Below are positions 44,560-54,261 of a stretch of DNA of 64,000 bases, piece by piece. Position 1 is the first letter of the stretch. The number at the start of each line of letters is the position of its first letter. Under the pieces are notes generated by a model that did not search any database, was not told the origin of the DNA, and worked only from the letters and a program-made list of their open reading frames with translations. The stretch lies in assembly GCA_964393325.1 (NCBI GenBank), contig CAYMTE010000003.1, positions 17,661 through 81,660 on the forward strand, written 5' to 3'. Made by a program: the position numbers and the translations under genes. This stretch comes from an uncultured Gammaproteobacteria bacterium (GTDB taxonomy: Bacteria > Patescibacteriota > Patescibacteriia > 2-12-FULL-60-25).

Positions 44560-44877
44560 ATGACTATCAATATTCGAGCGACCGGAATGGAGCTCACGCC
44601 AGCAATTCGCCAGTACGCGGAAGACAAGTTTGGCGCGCTTGAGAAATTTGCGTCAGATATCCTTCAAATCGACCTTACGGTCGGCATGGAAACCAGTCAT
44701 CATCAAAAGGGGGATATTTTTACGTGCGCGGCGAATGTTGAGGTGACGGGCGAGGTGTTGCGCGTAGAACGCGAGGCCGAGGATTTATACAAGGCGATTG
44801 ATAAGGTGAAGGATCACTTGCGCGAAACGCTTGCACAGCGAAAAGAACGCATGATGGATGAACGTCGCGAGAAATAA
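44560..44877 (+). CDS. hpf: Ribosome hibernation promoting factor (short HPF/RaiA type)
   Basis: MTINIRATGMELTPAIRQYAEDKFGALEKF... Start set at ATG 44560, 8 nt after TTGAAA-17-TACGAT. Confidence 0.85.
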   Translation: MTINIRATGMELTPAIRQYAEDKFGALEKFASDILQIDLTVGMETSHHQKGDIFTCAANVEVTGEVLRVEREAEDLYKAIDKVKDHLRETLAQRKERMMDERREK

Positions 44878-44926
44878 GTCGGGGATTGTCCAAAATCGTG
44901 TTTTCCGCTAAGATCGTTCCACATCT

Positions 44927-47686
44927 ATGAGTATTCTGGGACGCATTTTTGGCGATGCAAATCAACGAGAGATCAACACGCTGAAGCCCGTTATCGGACG
45001 CATTGCAGCGCTTGAGCCGTCAATACAAAGCTTGTCGGACGAAGAGCTGTACGCGAAGACCGCGGAATTCAAGAAACGATTGGAACAAGGGGAGGCGTTG
45101 GATGATCTTCTTCCGGAGGCGTTTGCCGTCGCGCGTGACGCGTCGCGTCGTGTTTTGAAACAGCGACAATACGATGTTCAGCTCATGGGAGGGATCGCGC
45201 TGCATCGGGGCATGATCGCGGAAATGCGCACCGGAGAAGGGAAGACGCTTACCGCCGTTGCGGCGGTGTATTTGAATGCGCTCACCGGAAAAGGCGTTCA
45301 CGTGGTGACGGTGAACGATTACCTCGCGCGACGTGACACGGTGTGGATGGGGCAGGTGTATCACGCGCTTGGTCTCACGGTGGGGTGTATCCAGCATGAT
45401 GGCGGATTCCGATACGATCCTGCGTTTAAAGCAGAGCCGCAGCATGATGAATTGCGTGACGAGACTGGTTCATTCCGCGTGGACATGGATTATCTTCGTC
45501 CGGTGAGCCGACAAGAGGCGTATACCGCAGACATCACGTACGGGACGAACAATGAATTCGGCTTTGACTATCTGCGTGACAACATGGTGGGCCGTCTCGA
45601 AGACATGGTGCAGCGCGAACTCAACTTCGCGATCGTGGACGAAGTCGACTCTATTTTGATCGATGAGGCGCGCACGCCGCTCATCATTAGCGCGCCGGCC
45701 GAAGAGCCCGCGCAGTTGTATTATCGATTTGCCGAACTCGTTCCGCGACTCGAAGAAAAAACGGACTACGCAATTGACGAGAAGCTTCGCGCGGCGACGC
45801 TGACGGAATCCGGGATCGCAAAAATCGAACAATGGCTTGGCGTTGAAAATTTGTACGTCCAAGGCGGGATGAAGATGGTGCATCATTTGGAACAGGCGTT
45901 GCGAGCGCACGCGCTCTACAAGCGCGATCGCGATTATGTCGTGAAAGACAACGAAGTGATCATTGTGGATGAATTCACCGGCCGTCTCATGATCGGTCGC
46001 CGGTATTCCGAGGGGTTGCACCAGGCGATCGAAGCGAAAGAACGTGTGCCGATCCAGCGTGAGTCTGTGACAATGGCAACGATTACGTTTCAAAACTATT
46101 TCCGGTTGTACACGAAGCTGGCCGGCATGACCGGAACGGCGGCAACAGAAGCGGAAGAATTCCATAAGATCTACAAACTCGACGTGCTCACGATTCCGAC
46201 GAATAAGGCGTCACAGCGTCGTGATCTTTCCGACCGCGTGTATAAGAACGAACTCGGAAAATTCAAAGCGGTTGTTCGTGAAATCAAAGAGCGGCATGCG
46301 ACGGGTCAGCCGATCCTCGTTGGAACCGTGTCGATTGAGAAGAACGAAATTTTGGGCGAGCTGCTCAAAGCGGAAGGTGTCCCGTTCAATCTGTTGAACG
46401 CAAAAAACCACGAGCGAGAAGGGGAGATCATCGCGCAAGCCGGACGCAAAGGTGCGGTGACGATTGCGACGAACATGGCCGGTCGCGGTGTCGACATTTT
46501 GCTCGGCGGGAATCCGCCGGATCCGAAAGAAGCCGAAGAGGTTCGAGCGCTTGGCGGTCTTCATGTGTTAGGAACCGAACGTCACGAATCGCGTCGCATC
46601 GATAACCAGTTGCGTGGTCGTGCGGGTCGTCAAGGCGATCCGGGATCGACGCAGTTTTACGTTTCGATGGATGACGATCTGATGCGCATCTTTGGATCGG
46701 ACAAGATGAAAGCGCGCATGGAGTTTTTGAAAGTGCCGGATGATGAGGCGATTGAAAACGGTCTCTTGTCCAAAGCGCTCGAATCCGCGCAGCGAAAAGT
46801 TGAAGGGCACAACTTCGATATCCGTAAACACCTGCTTGAGTACGATGACGTGCTAAACAAGCATCGTGCTGTTATTTATAAAAAGCGACGTGATATTCTG
46901 GATCTTTCACGCGAAGCGACGCAGGAGGGTGAGCGTCCGCTCAAGAAGATCGCGCTCGAAGCCGTTGAACGCGATATCGAACAGCTCGTGATGCTGTATA
47001 CCGCGGATGAAGAGCCGTCGGAGTGGAATATGGACGAGATGCGCTCCTCTCTCGCGCGGCTTCTCGCAATTGATCCGACGCGCATGGACGGCGTGGCGCT
47101 TGTCGTAACCGATATGGAGGGGAAGGAAGACGTGGCGGCAAAGCGCACGGCCCTCATTGAGGGATTCATGGCGCTCGCGCGCGAGGCGTATACCAAAACG
47201 GAAGAACGGATCGGGGACGCGGCGCTCATGATGGAGGTTGAAAAGGCGATTCAGCTTCGTGCGGTTGATGATCTGTGGGTCGAACATCTTGATGCGATTG
47301 ATCATCTACGCAAAGCAATCAGCTTGCAGGGATATGGGCAGCGCGATCCACTCGTCGAATACAAGCGTGAAGCATATCGGTTGTTCCATGAGCTTCTGGC
47401 GTTGATTGATAAGCAAATTGTGCAAACCGTTTTCCGGATTCAGCTCGCACAGCAAGCGGCGGCGGAAGAACGTCAGGCGGGTGGACGCGTTGTGCGTCTT
47501 GAGGGACCGGCAAAAATAGCTGAAGGAGCTCCGGTCGAGCCCGCGAGTCCGTCTCGTGACGCGATGTTTACGAATGTGGGACGTCCGGCGACGCCAGAGA
47601 CGCATATTGATGCCTCCAAGGTTGGACGAAATGATCTTTGCCCGTGCGGATCGGGAAAGAAGTACAAGAAGTGCCACGGGGCGTAG
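44927..47686 (+). CDS. secA: Preprotein translocase ATPase SecA
   Basis: [29 protein letters not shown] and the C-terminal zinc motif [14 protein letters not shown]. Confidence 0.97.
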   Translation: MSILGRIFGDANQREINTLKPVIGRIAALEPSIQSLSDEELYAKTAEFKKRLEQGEALDDLLPEAFAVARDASRRVLKQRQYDVQLMGGIALHRGMIAEMRTGEGKTLTAVAAVYLNALTGKGVHVVTVNDYLARRDTVWMGQVYHALGLTVGCIQHDGGFRYDPAFKAEPQHDELRDETGSFRVDMDYLRPVSRQEAYTADITYGTNNEFGFDYLRDNMVGRLEDMVQRELNFAIVDEVDSILIDEARTPLIISAPAEEPAQLYYRFAELVPRLEEKTDYAIDEKLRAATLTESGIAKIEQWLGVENLYVQGGMKMVHHLEQALRAHALYKRDRDYVVKDNEVIIVDEFTGRLMIGRRYSEGLHQAIEAKERVPIQRESVTMATITFQNYFRLYTKLAGMTGTAATEAEEFHKIYKLDVLTIPTNKASQRRDLSDRVYKNELGKFKAVVREIKERHATGQPILVGTVSIEKNEILGELLKAEGVPFNLLNAKNHEREGEIIAQAGRKGAVTIATNMAGRGVDILLGGNPPDPKEAEEVRALGGLHVLGTERHESRRIDNQLRGRAGRQGDPGSTQFYVSMDDDLMRIFGSDKMKARMEFLKVPDDEAIENGLLSKALESAQRKVEGHNFDIRKHLLEYDDVLNKHRAVIYKKRRDILDLSREATQEGERPLKKIALEAVERDIEQLVMLYTADEEPSEWNMDEMRSSLARLLAIDPTRMDGVALVVTDMEGKEDVAAKRTALIEGFMALAREAYTKTEERIGDAALMMEVEKAIQLRAVDDLWVEHLDAIDHLRKAISLQGYGQRDPLVEYKREAYRLFHELLALIDKQIVQTVFRIQLAQQAAAEERQAGGRVVRLEGPAKIAEGAPVEPASPSRDAMFTNVGRPATPETHIDASKVGRNDLCPCGSGKKYKKCHGA

Positions 47687-47712
47687 AGTCGACGAAAAAA
47701 TATGCCACGAAG

Positions 47713-47739
47713 CGCGGGTGATGATACGCCTGCGTTTTT
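47713..47739 (+). terminator. Possible terminator after secA
   Basis: CGCGGG-10 nt-CCTGCG followed by TTTTT. Confidence 0.45.
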
Positions 47740-47798
47740 GTTACCGCGTGACAAGCTTCTGTTTGTGATAGATGCATGTCGTATCAGTGGTCAGAAAA

Positions 47799-47807
47799 TG
47801 CTATGAT
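47799..47807 (+). promoter_or_regulatory. Extended -10 upstream of the ABC permease
   Basis: TGcTATGAT, 14 nt before ATG 47822. Confidence 0.5.
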
Positions 47808-47821
47808 ACGCGTGTTGAACG

Positions 47822-48541
47822 ATGAAACGTCGACAAGCGGGTATTTACATCAATGCGCGGCATGTGTTCGTCACGCTCGCGTTTGTCGTCGTGCCGTTTC
47901 TTTTTCTCCTCGTTTTTACGCGCCTCGCGGGGCTAAACACGCAAGAACTGTTTGTTGACGTACTCGTCTCGTCGACGCGGTTGATCATCGCGTATTTTTT
48001 TGCGGTTGTCTTCGCATGGATCTCGGCCATACTTTTTTTTCGAGGCAAACGCGCATTGATCGCGCTTCCGCTCTTTGATGTCTTGCAAAGTTTTCCGACG
48101 TTTGCGGCGATGCCGCTTGCGGTATATCTGTGGGGACCTTCGAGCACGACGATCATTTTCTTTCTGGTGCTCACCGTCATTTGGCCGATCTTTTTTTCCA
48201 TTTTAAGTTCGTTAAAGCTGTTGAAGCGCGATTGGGAAGAGGCGGCGAGGATGTATGGGATGCGGGGATGGAAATACGTTCGTCATTTTTTGCTTCCGAT
48301 CAGTCTTCCGGGGTTGATTACAGGATCAATCGTCGGTTTGGGTGAAGGGTGGGAGGCGCTGGTCGCAACAGAGATTATTACGGGAAATCCATCCGGGCTT
48401 GGACAGTTTTTTGCACGATATTCGTCAAATACGACGATTACCGCATTCGGCATCTTTGGATTTTTAGTGTTGATCTTTTGCGTCAATAAATTGATTTGGC
48501 TTCCGCTGCTCGAATGGAGCCATCGGACAATGGAAGAATGA
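47822..48541 (+). CDS. ABC transporter permease (NitT/TauT-type BPD fold)
   Basis: Six TM spans and an EAA-like loop (DWEEAARMYGMRGWKYVRHFLLP). Confidence 0.7.
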   Translation: MKRRQAGIYINARHVFVTLAFVVVPFLFLLVFTRLAGLNTQELFVDVLVSSTRLIIAYFFAVVFAWISAILFFRGKRALIALPLFDVLQSFPTFAAMPLAVYLWGPSSTTIIFFLVLTVIWPIFFSILSSLKLLKRDWEEAARMYGMRGWKYVRHFLLPISLPGLITGSIVGLGEGWEALVATEIITGNPSGLGQFFARYSSNTTITAFGIFGFLVLIFCVNKLIWLPLLEWSHRTMEE

Positions 48542-48542
48542 T

Positions 48543-49286
48543 ATGACGCGACCGGTACTCACACTGACGAATGTCGGAAAAACATTCTGCGGACCCGATG
48601 GAAAGCGCATCGCGGCAGTTCGCGATGTTTCGCTGAAGATTCGACAAGGGGAGTTCTTTGTGCTTCTTGGGCCGTCCGGTTCTGGAAAATCGACGTTGCT
48701 GCGTATCATGAGTGGTTTGGAGCAAGCGCACGAAGGAACGGTTTCATTTGCGCGCGGCGTGACGGCGCAAGACATGGCGTTTGTTTTTCAGCAGTTTGCA
48801 TTGTTGCCGTGGCTCACCGTTCGTCAAAATATTGAATTCGGTTTGTTATCACGTGGCGTGGACGCCGACGAGCGACGGAAGAAATCGATGCGTGTGATGC
48901 GTCGGTTGGGGTTGAGTTCGTTTGCGGATGTCTCCCCTCGAGAGTTGTCTGGCGGTTTGCGACAACGCGTGGGAATCGCACGTGCGCTTGTCGTTGAGCC
49001 GAAGATTATTTTTATGGATGAGCCGTTTTCGGAACTCGATTCGTTTACGGCGGAGGATCTTCGGAAGGAAGTGCTTCGCATTTGGAGTGAGTCTGGCGTT
49101 ACCATCGTCATGGTGACGCATTTAATTTCTGAAGCGATTGAACTTGCAGACCGTATCGCGGTGCTTACGCCTCGTCCGGCGAGTATTGAACGCATGGTTG
49201 TGAACACGATACCTCGTCCACGCACGCTTCGATCTCCAGAAGCGTTTCGTCTCGAAGATCTGCTGTACCGACTTGTGAAGCCATAA
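48543..49286 (+). CDS. ABC transporter ATP-binding protein (NitT/TauT-type)
   Basis: Walker A GPSGSGKSTLL, signature LSGGLRQRV, Walker B IIFMDEPFS. Confidence 0.85.
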   Translation: MTRPVLTLTNVGKTFCGPDGKRIAAVRDVSLKIRQGEFFVLLGPSGSGKSTLLRIMSGLEQAHEGTVSFARGVTAQDMAFVFQQFALLPWLTVRQNIEFGLLSRGVDADERRKKSMRVMRRLGLSSFADVSPRELSGGLRQRVGIARALVVEPKIIFMDEPFSELDSFTAEDLRKEVLRIWSESGVTIVMVTHLISEAIELADRIAVLTPRPASIERMVVNTIPRPRTLRSPEAFRLEDLLYRLVKP

Positions 49287-49310
49287 TCTATCTCGCACAT
49301 CGCATTGCGT

Positions 49311-49823
49311 ATGAAACTCCACGCATCCCGTTCGTTGTCCGCCTCGTATCTCCGTAACATTATTTTCGGGGTTGAAGACAGCCTTGTGTCAACCGTCGGC
49401 TTGCTCTCCGGAATTGCGATCGCCGACGTGCCGCGCCGAACGATCTTTTTGACAGGCGTCGTGTTGATTTTTGTTGAAGCGTTTTCCATGGGTGCCGGTA
49501 CCTATCTATCGGAATCGTCTGCGGAAGATTACTTGAAGCGTCGTGCCGCCACGCTGGGGCCGAATCTCGCGCGAGGCGTTATCATGTTCGTCTCGTATTT
49601 TGTCTCGGGATTTGTTCCGCTCTTCCCGTACGCGTTTTTTTCGACGTCAACCGCATTTCCGTTTTCCGTTGCGTGTTCGATGGTCGCGTTATTCATCCTT
49701 GGTCTGTGGGGTGGATTTGTCGCGAAAACACCACTTGTCCGCAGCGCTGCTCGGATGGCGGTTATCGGAGGTGCGGCGATCATGGTAGGTATTCTCGCAG
49801 GGTCGGTCGTTCAAGGGGTCTAG
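49311..49823 (+). CDS. VIT1/CCC1 family membrane transporter (short form)
   Basis: NIIFGVEDSLVSTVGLLSGIA and GAGTYLSESS motifs with 5 TM spans. Start is ATG 49311 or TTG 49305. Confidence 0.6.
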   Translation: MKLHASRSLSASYLRNIIFGVEDSLVSTVGLLSGIAIADVPRRTIFLTGVVLIFVEAFSMGAGTYLSESSAEDYLKRRAATLGPNLARGVIMFVSYFVSGFVPLFPYAFFSTSTAFPFSVACSMVALFILGLWGGFVAKTPLVRSAARMAVIGGAAIMVGILAGSVVQGV

Positions 49824-49876
49824 TGTTCCGGCTTGCGGAATGCCCGGGATTCCGCTAGACTTTGCGCGATCTCTGT

Positions 49877-51913
49877 ATGCCAAAACCTACCGCCAAAACC
49901 GGGCAATCCCGGAAAACCGTGAAGCAGCGTTTGGCGCTTCTCGGCGCATTGTTCCTTGTAACGGCCGCGATCGCGTATCCGCCGCCAGCGAATTGGGTGA
50001 TCACGCAGGTGAGTCGCCTGATTCATGTTTCGATTCCAACGATCAATCTTCCGTTTGTTCTCGGACTTGATTTGCAAGGGGGAACGCGATTGGAATACGA
50101 GGCAAACGTGTCTCGTATCGACGAAAAGGAACAGGGTGATGCCATGGACGGCGTCCGTGACGTTATTGAGCGTCGCGTGAACGCAATCGGTGTGTCTGAA
50201 CCGTTGGTGCAAACCGCGAAGGCGGGGAATGATTGGCGTGTGACGGTTGAACTCGCCGGTATCCGCGACGTCAATGAAGCGGTGAAGCTGATCGGCGAAA
50301 CGCCTATTTTGGAATTTAAGGAACAGAGCAACGAACCGCAGCGTGCATTGACGGCGGATGAAAAGAAGAAGATGGATGCGGATAATGCGGCGGCAGCAGC
50401 AGCGGCAACCGCGGCGCTTGAACGTGCAAAGAAGCAACCGAACGATTTCGAAAAAATCGTGAGCGAAACGACGCAGTTGCCGACGGGAACGTCAACGACG
50501 GGGGATCTCGGTTTTATCAAAGACAAGGAAGCGTATCGAGAGATTTTTGACGCCGTGAAAACGGATGCGCCCGGAACGGTTCATCCATCCGTCATTTCGA
50601 CGCCGCGATACGACATTGTCGCAAAGGTAGACGAAGCCAAGGATGCGGGAATGGAAATTCACGCATATCACATTTTGATTTCGTTTGCGGGCGCAACAAA
50701 CTCGACGTCGACCGCAACGAAAGAAGATGCACGACGAACGATTGAAGCGATCAAGAAGCAAGCGACACCGGCAAACTTTATCACGCTCGCGAAACAATAT
50801 TCGCAGGAGCCGGGAGCGGGTGAATCTGGCGGCGACCTTGATTGGTTTGGAAAAGGCGTGATGGTGGAGTCGTTTGAGACGCCGGCCTTTGCACTTGCGA
50901 AGGGACAGATTTCAGATGTCGTTGAGAGTCAGTTCGGCTATCACTTGATTTATAAGGCGGATGAACGCCCGTTGCGCGATGTCCGCGTCCACGCCAGCTT
51001 CTTCAAGAAGACGGTGGAGTCCGACATCCTTCCGCCGTCGGACGGATTCAAGAATACGGAATTGACGGGAAAGAATTTGAAGCGTGCGCAGCTTGCGTTT
51101 GATCCGCAGTCCGGCGCATCGCAAGTCTCGCTCGTATTCGACGATGAGGGTGCGAAGCTTTTTGCGGAGATCACGAAGCGAAACATCGGAAAACCGATCG
51201 CGATTTATCTGGACAACCAGCCGATCAGCGTGCCGACGGTGAATACCGAAATTACAGGTGGACAAGCGGTAATCACAGGATCATTCACGATCGCCGAAGC
51301 GAAGCTTCTCGCGCAGCGTATGAATGCGGGTGCGTTGCCGGTGCCGATTACGCTCATCGCACAGCAGACGGTTGGTCCAACGCTCGGTCAGGCGTCTGTT
51401 GACGCGTCACTCTTTGCGGCGATCGTCGGTTTTGCGCTTGTCGCGCTCTTCATGATCGCGTTGTACCGGTTGCCGGGGCTCATTTCGATCGTAGCTCTTG
51501 GGCTTTACGCCGCTATCAGCGCGACGCTCTTCAAGTTGATCCCGGTAACGCTGACCTTGTCGGGTATTGCGGGATTCATTCTCTCGATCGGTATTGCCGT
51601 GGACGCAAACGTTCTCGTGTACGAACGATTGAAAGAAGAATTGCGTGAAGGAAAGGCGATCGCTTCTGCGCTCGAAGAGGCATTCCGCCGTGCATGGCCA
51701 TCTATTCGCGACGGTCACGTGACGGTGCTCATCTCGTGTGCGGTGTTGTACTGGTTCTCGTCGTCCGTGATTCGCGGATTTGCGCTCACGCTTGGTATTG
51801 GAACGGCGATCTCACTCTTTACCGCGATCGTGTCTAGCCGAACGATGCTTCGTTTCTTGGCTGGGACGGCACTCGCGAAGATCAATTGGATTTTCCTCAA
51901 GAAAAACGTATGA
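49877..51913 (+). CDS. secD: Protein-export membrane protein SecD with inserted tandem parvulin-type PPIase domains
   Basis: SecD P1 motifs LGLDLQGGTRLEYE and VIERRVNAIGVSEPLVQ are present, then IAIYLDNQPISVPTVNTEITGG...GALPVPITLIAQQTVGPTLG and the 6-TM C-terminus. Between the P1 halves lies HAYHILISF...GGDLDWFGKGVMVESFETPAF...GYHLIYK (parvulin), preceded by a degenerate copy (GDLGFIKDKEAYREIFDAV...RYDIVAKV). Confidence 0.85.
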   Translation: MPKPTAKTGQSRKTVKQRLALLGALFLVTAAIAYPPPANWVITQVSRLIHVSIPTINLPFVLGLDLQGGTRLEYEANVSRIDEKEQGDAMDGVRDVIERRVNAIGVSEPLVQTAKAGNDWRVTVELAGIRDVNEAVKLIGETPILEFKEQSNEPQRALTADEKKKMDADNAAAAAAATAALERAKKQPNDFEKIVSETTQLPTGTSTTGDLGFIKDKEAYREIFDAVKTDAPGTVHPSVISTPRYDIVAKVDEAKDAGMEIHAYHILISFAGATNSTSTATKEDARRTIEAIKKQATPANFITLAKQYSQEPGAGESGGDLDWFGKGVMVESFETPAFALAKGQISDVVESQFGYHLIYKADERPLRDVRVHASFFKKTVESDILPPSDGFKNTELTGKNLKRAQLAFDPQSGASQVSLVFDDEGAKLFAEITKRNIGKPIAIYLDNQPISVPTVNTEITGGQAVITGSFTIAEAKLLAQRMNAGALPVPITLIAQQTVGPTLGQASVDASLFAAIVGFALVALFMIALYRLPGLISIVALGLYAAISATLFKLIPVTLTLSGIAGFILSIGIAVDANVLVYERLKEELREGKAIASALEEAFRRAWPSIRDGHVTVLISCAVLYWFSSSVIRGFALTLGIGTAISLFTAIVSSRTMLRFLAGTALAKINWIFLKKNV

Positions 51914-52821
51914 CCTTCCGCATTCTGAAATATCGTCCGGTGTGGTTCGCATTGTCGATTACGGCTGTCGGCCTTTCTATCGCATTTTTCGCGATGTGGG
52001 GGTTGAAACAGGGGATCGAGTTTACGGGAGGGTCGTTGCTCACGCTCCGGTTTGAGCAGACACGCCCGAATCCAGTGGATGCGGAACATGCACTTGGATC
52101 GTTGAATCTCGGCAGCATGACCGTCCAGCCCGTTGGGGAGACGGATATGAGCTTTCGTTTTCAATCGGTAGATGAAGCGACGCATCAGCAGATCGTGTCG
52201 ACGCTTGCCGCGTCGTACGGCACGTCCACCGAGTTGGAATTCAAATCTATCGGGCCAACGATCGGGAAAGAACTTCGTGAAAAATCCATTTCCGCGCTTG
52301 TTGTGACGTTTCTCGCGATTCTTGCCTACATCGCCTGGGCGTTTCGAAAGGTCTCGGCGCCGGTGCAGTCTTGGAAGTACGGCGTCGTGACCATTATGCA
52401 GGCGTTTCGTGACGTGATGATTCCGATCGGCGTGTTCTCGTATCTCGGTCACTTCCATAACGTCGAAATCGGGACACCGTTCATCGCCGCCATTTTGACG
52501 GTTCTCGGATACTCCATTACGGACTGTATCGTTGTCATGGACCGTGTGCGTGAAAACCTCCAGAAGCACAGCGGAACGTTTGCGGATATCGTTGAACTGT
52601 CTATTAATCAGACGCTGCTTCGATCTTTCAATACCTCGATGGCAACGCTGCTTACGCTGGTATCGATCTTCATTTTTGGTGGATCATCATTGCATGACTT
52701 TACGCTTGCGTTGATCATCGGTATCGCGGTTGGAACGTATTCATCCATCTTCATTTCTGCGCCGACGCTGGTCACGTGGGACTCGTGGTCAAAGCGCCGA
52801 CAACGGTCAAAGACGAAATAA
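51910..52821 (+). CDS. secF: Protein-export membrane protein SecF
   Basis: GIEFTGGSLLTLRF and typical TM patterns. Start ATG 51910 forms an ATGA overlap with the secD stop. Confidence 0.9.
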   Translation: MTFRILKYRPVWFALSITAVGLSIAFFAMWGLKQGIEFTGGSLLTLRFEQTRPNPVDAEHALGSLNLGSMTVQPVGETDMSFRFQSVDEATHQQIVSTLAASYGTSTELEFKSIGPTIGKELREKSISALVVTFLAILAYIAWAFRKVSAPVQSWKYGVVTIMQAFRDVMIPIGVFSYLGHFHNVEIGTPFIAAILTVLGYSITDCIVVMDRVRENLQKHSGTFADIVELSINQTLLRSFNTSMATLLTLVSIFIFGGSSLHDFTLALIIGIAVGTYSSIFISAPTLVTWDSWSKRRQRSKTK

Positions 52822-52824
52822 TAC

Positions 52825-52856
52825 ACACCATGAGCTCCAGACCGGAGCTCATGTGT
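52825..52856 (+). terminator. Hairpin after secF
   Basis: CATGAGCTCC-agacc-GGAGCTCATG, a 10-bp stem with a weak T tail. Confidence 0.5.
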
Positions 52857-52862
52857 TATACT
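52854..52862 (+). promoter_or_regulatory. Extended -10 for the membrane-partner/T4CP-like operon
   Basis: TGtTATACT, 10 nt before ATG 52873. It overlaps the 3' arm of the post-secF hairpin. Confidence 0.55.
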
Positions 52863-52872
52863 GTAGGTATTC

Positions 52873-54213
52873 ATGGACGAATTTGGTAACCCTCTTGTTG
52901 GAGGATTCGATGTTGCCTCCTTCCTCGCGACGTTCGGCGAAAATCCATTCGCTGCCATGTGGTTTTTATTTACGCATGGCGGCTTTTTGATTTTTGTCTG
53001 GATGATCTGGTATATCGGGACGCAGCTGTGGCTCGATAGCCGTCAGGGGAAGTATGCGGCGGCAAAGCAATGGATGTTGCTCGCGATCGATGTACCTCGG
53101 TTAACCGAGCAGACGCCGCGTGCGGTTGAGAATATTTTTGCGCACTGGGCTGGGGCGCATAGTCCGAATTCTTGGAAAGAGAAATGGATTGACGGACGAA
53201 CGCAAGACACGATTACGGTTGAGATCATTTCTATTGAGGGGCATGTTCAATTTCTTGTTCGTACGACACGGAATCTTCGTGACTTGATTGAAGCGTCTAT
53301 TTACGCACAATATCCGGACGCAGAGATCGTGGAGGTCGAGGATTATACGAAGAAAGTTCCGCATCATTATCCCGACAAGGAATGGGATATGTTCGGTACC
53401 GAGATGATTCCGCCGAAGCATGGGTTGGATCTGTATCCACTGCGCACGTATCCAGAGTTTGAGGATCGTATTTCTGGAGAACTGAAGGATCCGCTGGCGG
53501 TGCTGCTCGAGAACATGTCTCGTCTTGGGCCGGGAGAGCAGGCCTGGTACCAGATCATTTTAACGCCAATCGAGCAGAAGGAGTTTCGTACGAAGGGGGA
53601 AGAGTTGATTAAGAAGTTGACCGGTCAGAAGGTTGAACACAAGAAGAGCACGCTTGAAAAAATTATCGAGCTTCCGTTGACGTTGATGAGCCTCGTGCTG
53701 CAGACGGTTGGTCTTATTTCCGCGCCAGCGCCAAAGAAGACCGATACAAATCCGTTGAATAGTCGCATGTGGACGATGACGCCGGGAGAGCGAAAGGTTG
53801 TAGAAGCGATTGAGAATAAGATTTCTAAAATTGCGTATTCCGCGAAAATTCGTTTTGCGCTCGTGACGAAAAAGGAGAAAATGAAAAAATCGCGTTTCGT
53901 GCATCCGTTTATTGGGTTTATCAAGCAGTACAATACGAATGATATGTTTGCGCTCAAACCAGAGAGTAAGCATGTGGGTATGAATGCGACATTGTGGTTT
54001 TTTAAGGATCGACGCAACAACGAGCGAAAGAATCATGTGATTCATATGCTCTCGAGCCGTTCAAACTGGGAAGGGACGCCGAATTATTTCTTGAACATTG
54101 AAGAGCTGGCGAGCTTGTGGCATTTCCCGATTACGAATCAGGTGAAGGCACCGCAGCTGAAGAAGACGGAATCGAAACGATCCGAACCGCCAATCAATTT
54201 GCCGTATATGTAG
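52873..54213 (+). CDS. Membrane protein, putative partner of the downstream T4CP-like ATPase
   Basis: 446 aa with an N-terminal hydrophobic hairpin (AAMWFLFTHGGFLIFVWMIWYIGTQLWL), then a large soluble domain (VEIISIEGHVQFLVRTTRNLRDLIEASIYAQYPDAEI). It has its own extended -10 and the downstream gap is only 48 nt. Confidence 0.55.
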   Translation: MDEFGNPLVGGFDVASFLATFGENPFAAMWFLFTHGGFLIFVWMIWYIGTQLWLDSRQGKYAAAKQWMLLAIDVPRLTEQTPRAVENIFAHWAGAHSPNSWKEKWIDGRTQDTITVEIISIEGHVQFLVRTTRNLRDLIEASIYAQYPDAEIVEVEDYTKKVPHHYPDKEWDMFGTEMIPPKHGLDLYPLRTYPEFEDRISGELKDPLAVLLENMSRLGPGEQAWYQIILTPIEQKEFRTKGEELIKKLTGQKVEHKKSTLEKIIELPLTLMSLVLQTVGLISAPAPKKTDTNPLNSRMWTMTPGERKVVEAIENKISKIAYSAKIRFALVTKKEKMKKSRFVHPFIGFIKQYNTNDMFALKPESKHVGMNATLWFFKDRRNNERKNHVIHMLSSRSNWEGTPNYFLNIEELASLWHFPITNQVKAPQLKKTESKRSEPPINLPYM

Positions 54214-54261
54214 TGCTTTGTTGCGGTTCTTGTTTGCAAGCGCATTTTTTTCTCCCGGGCT

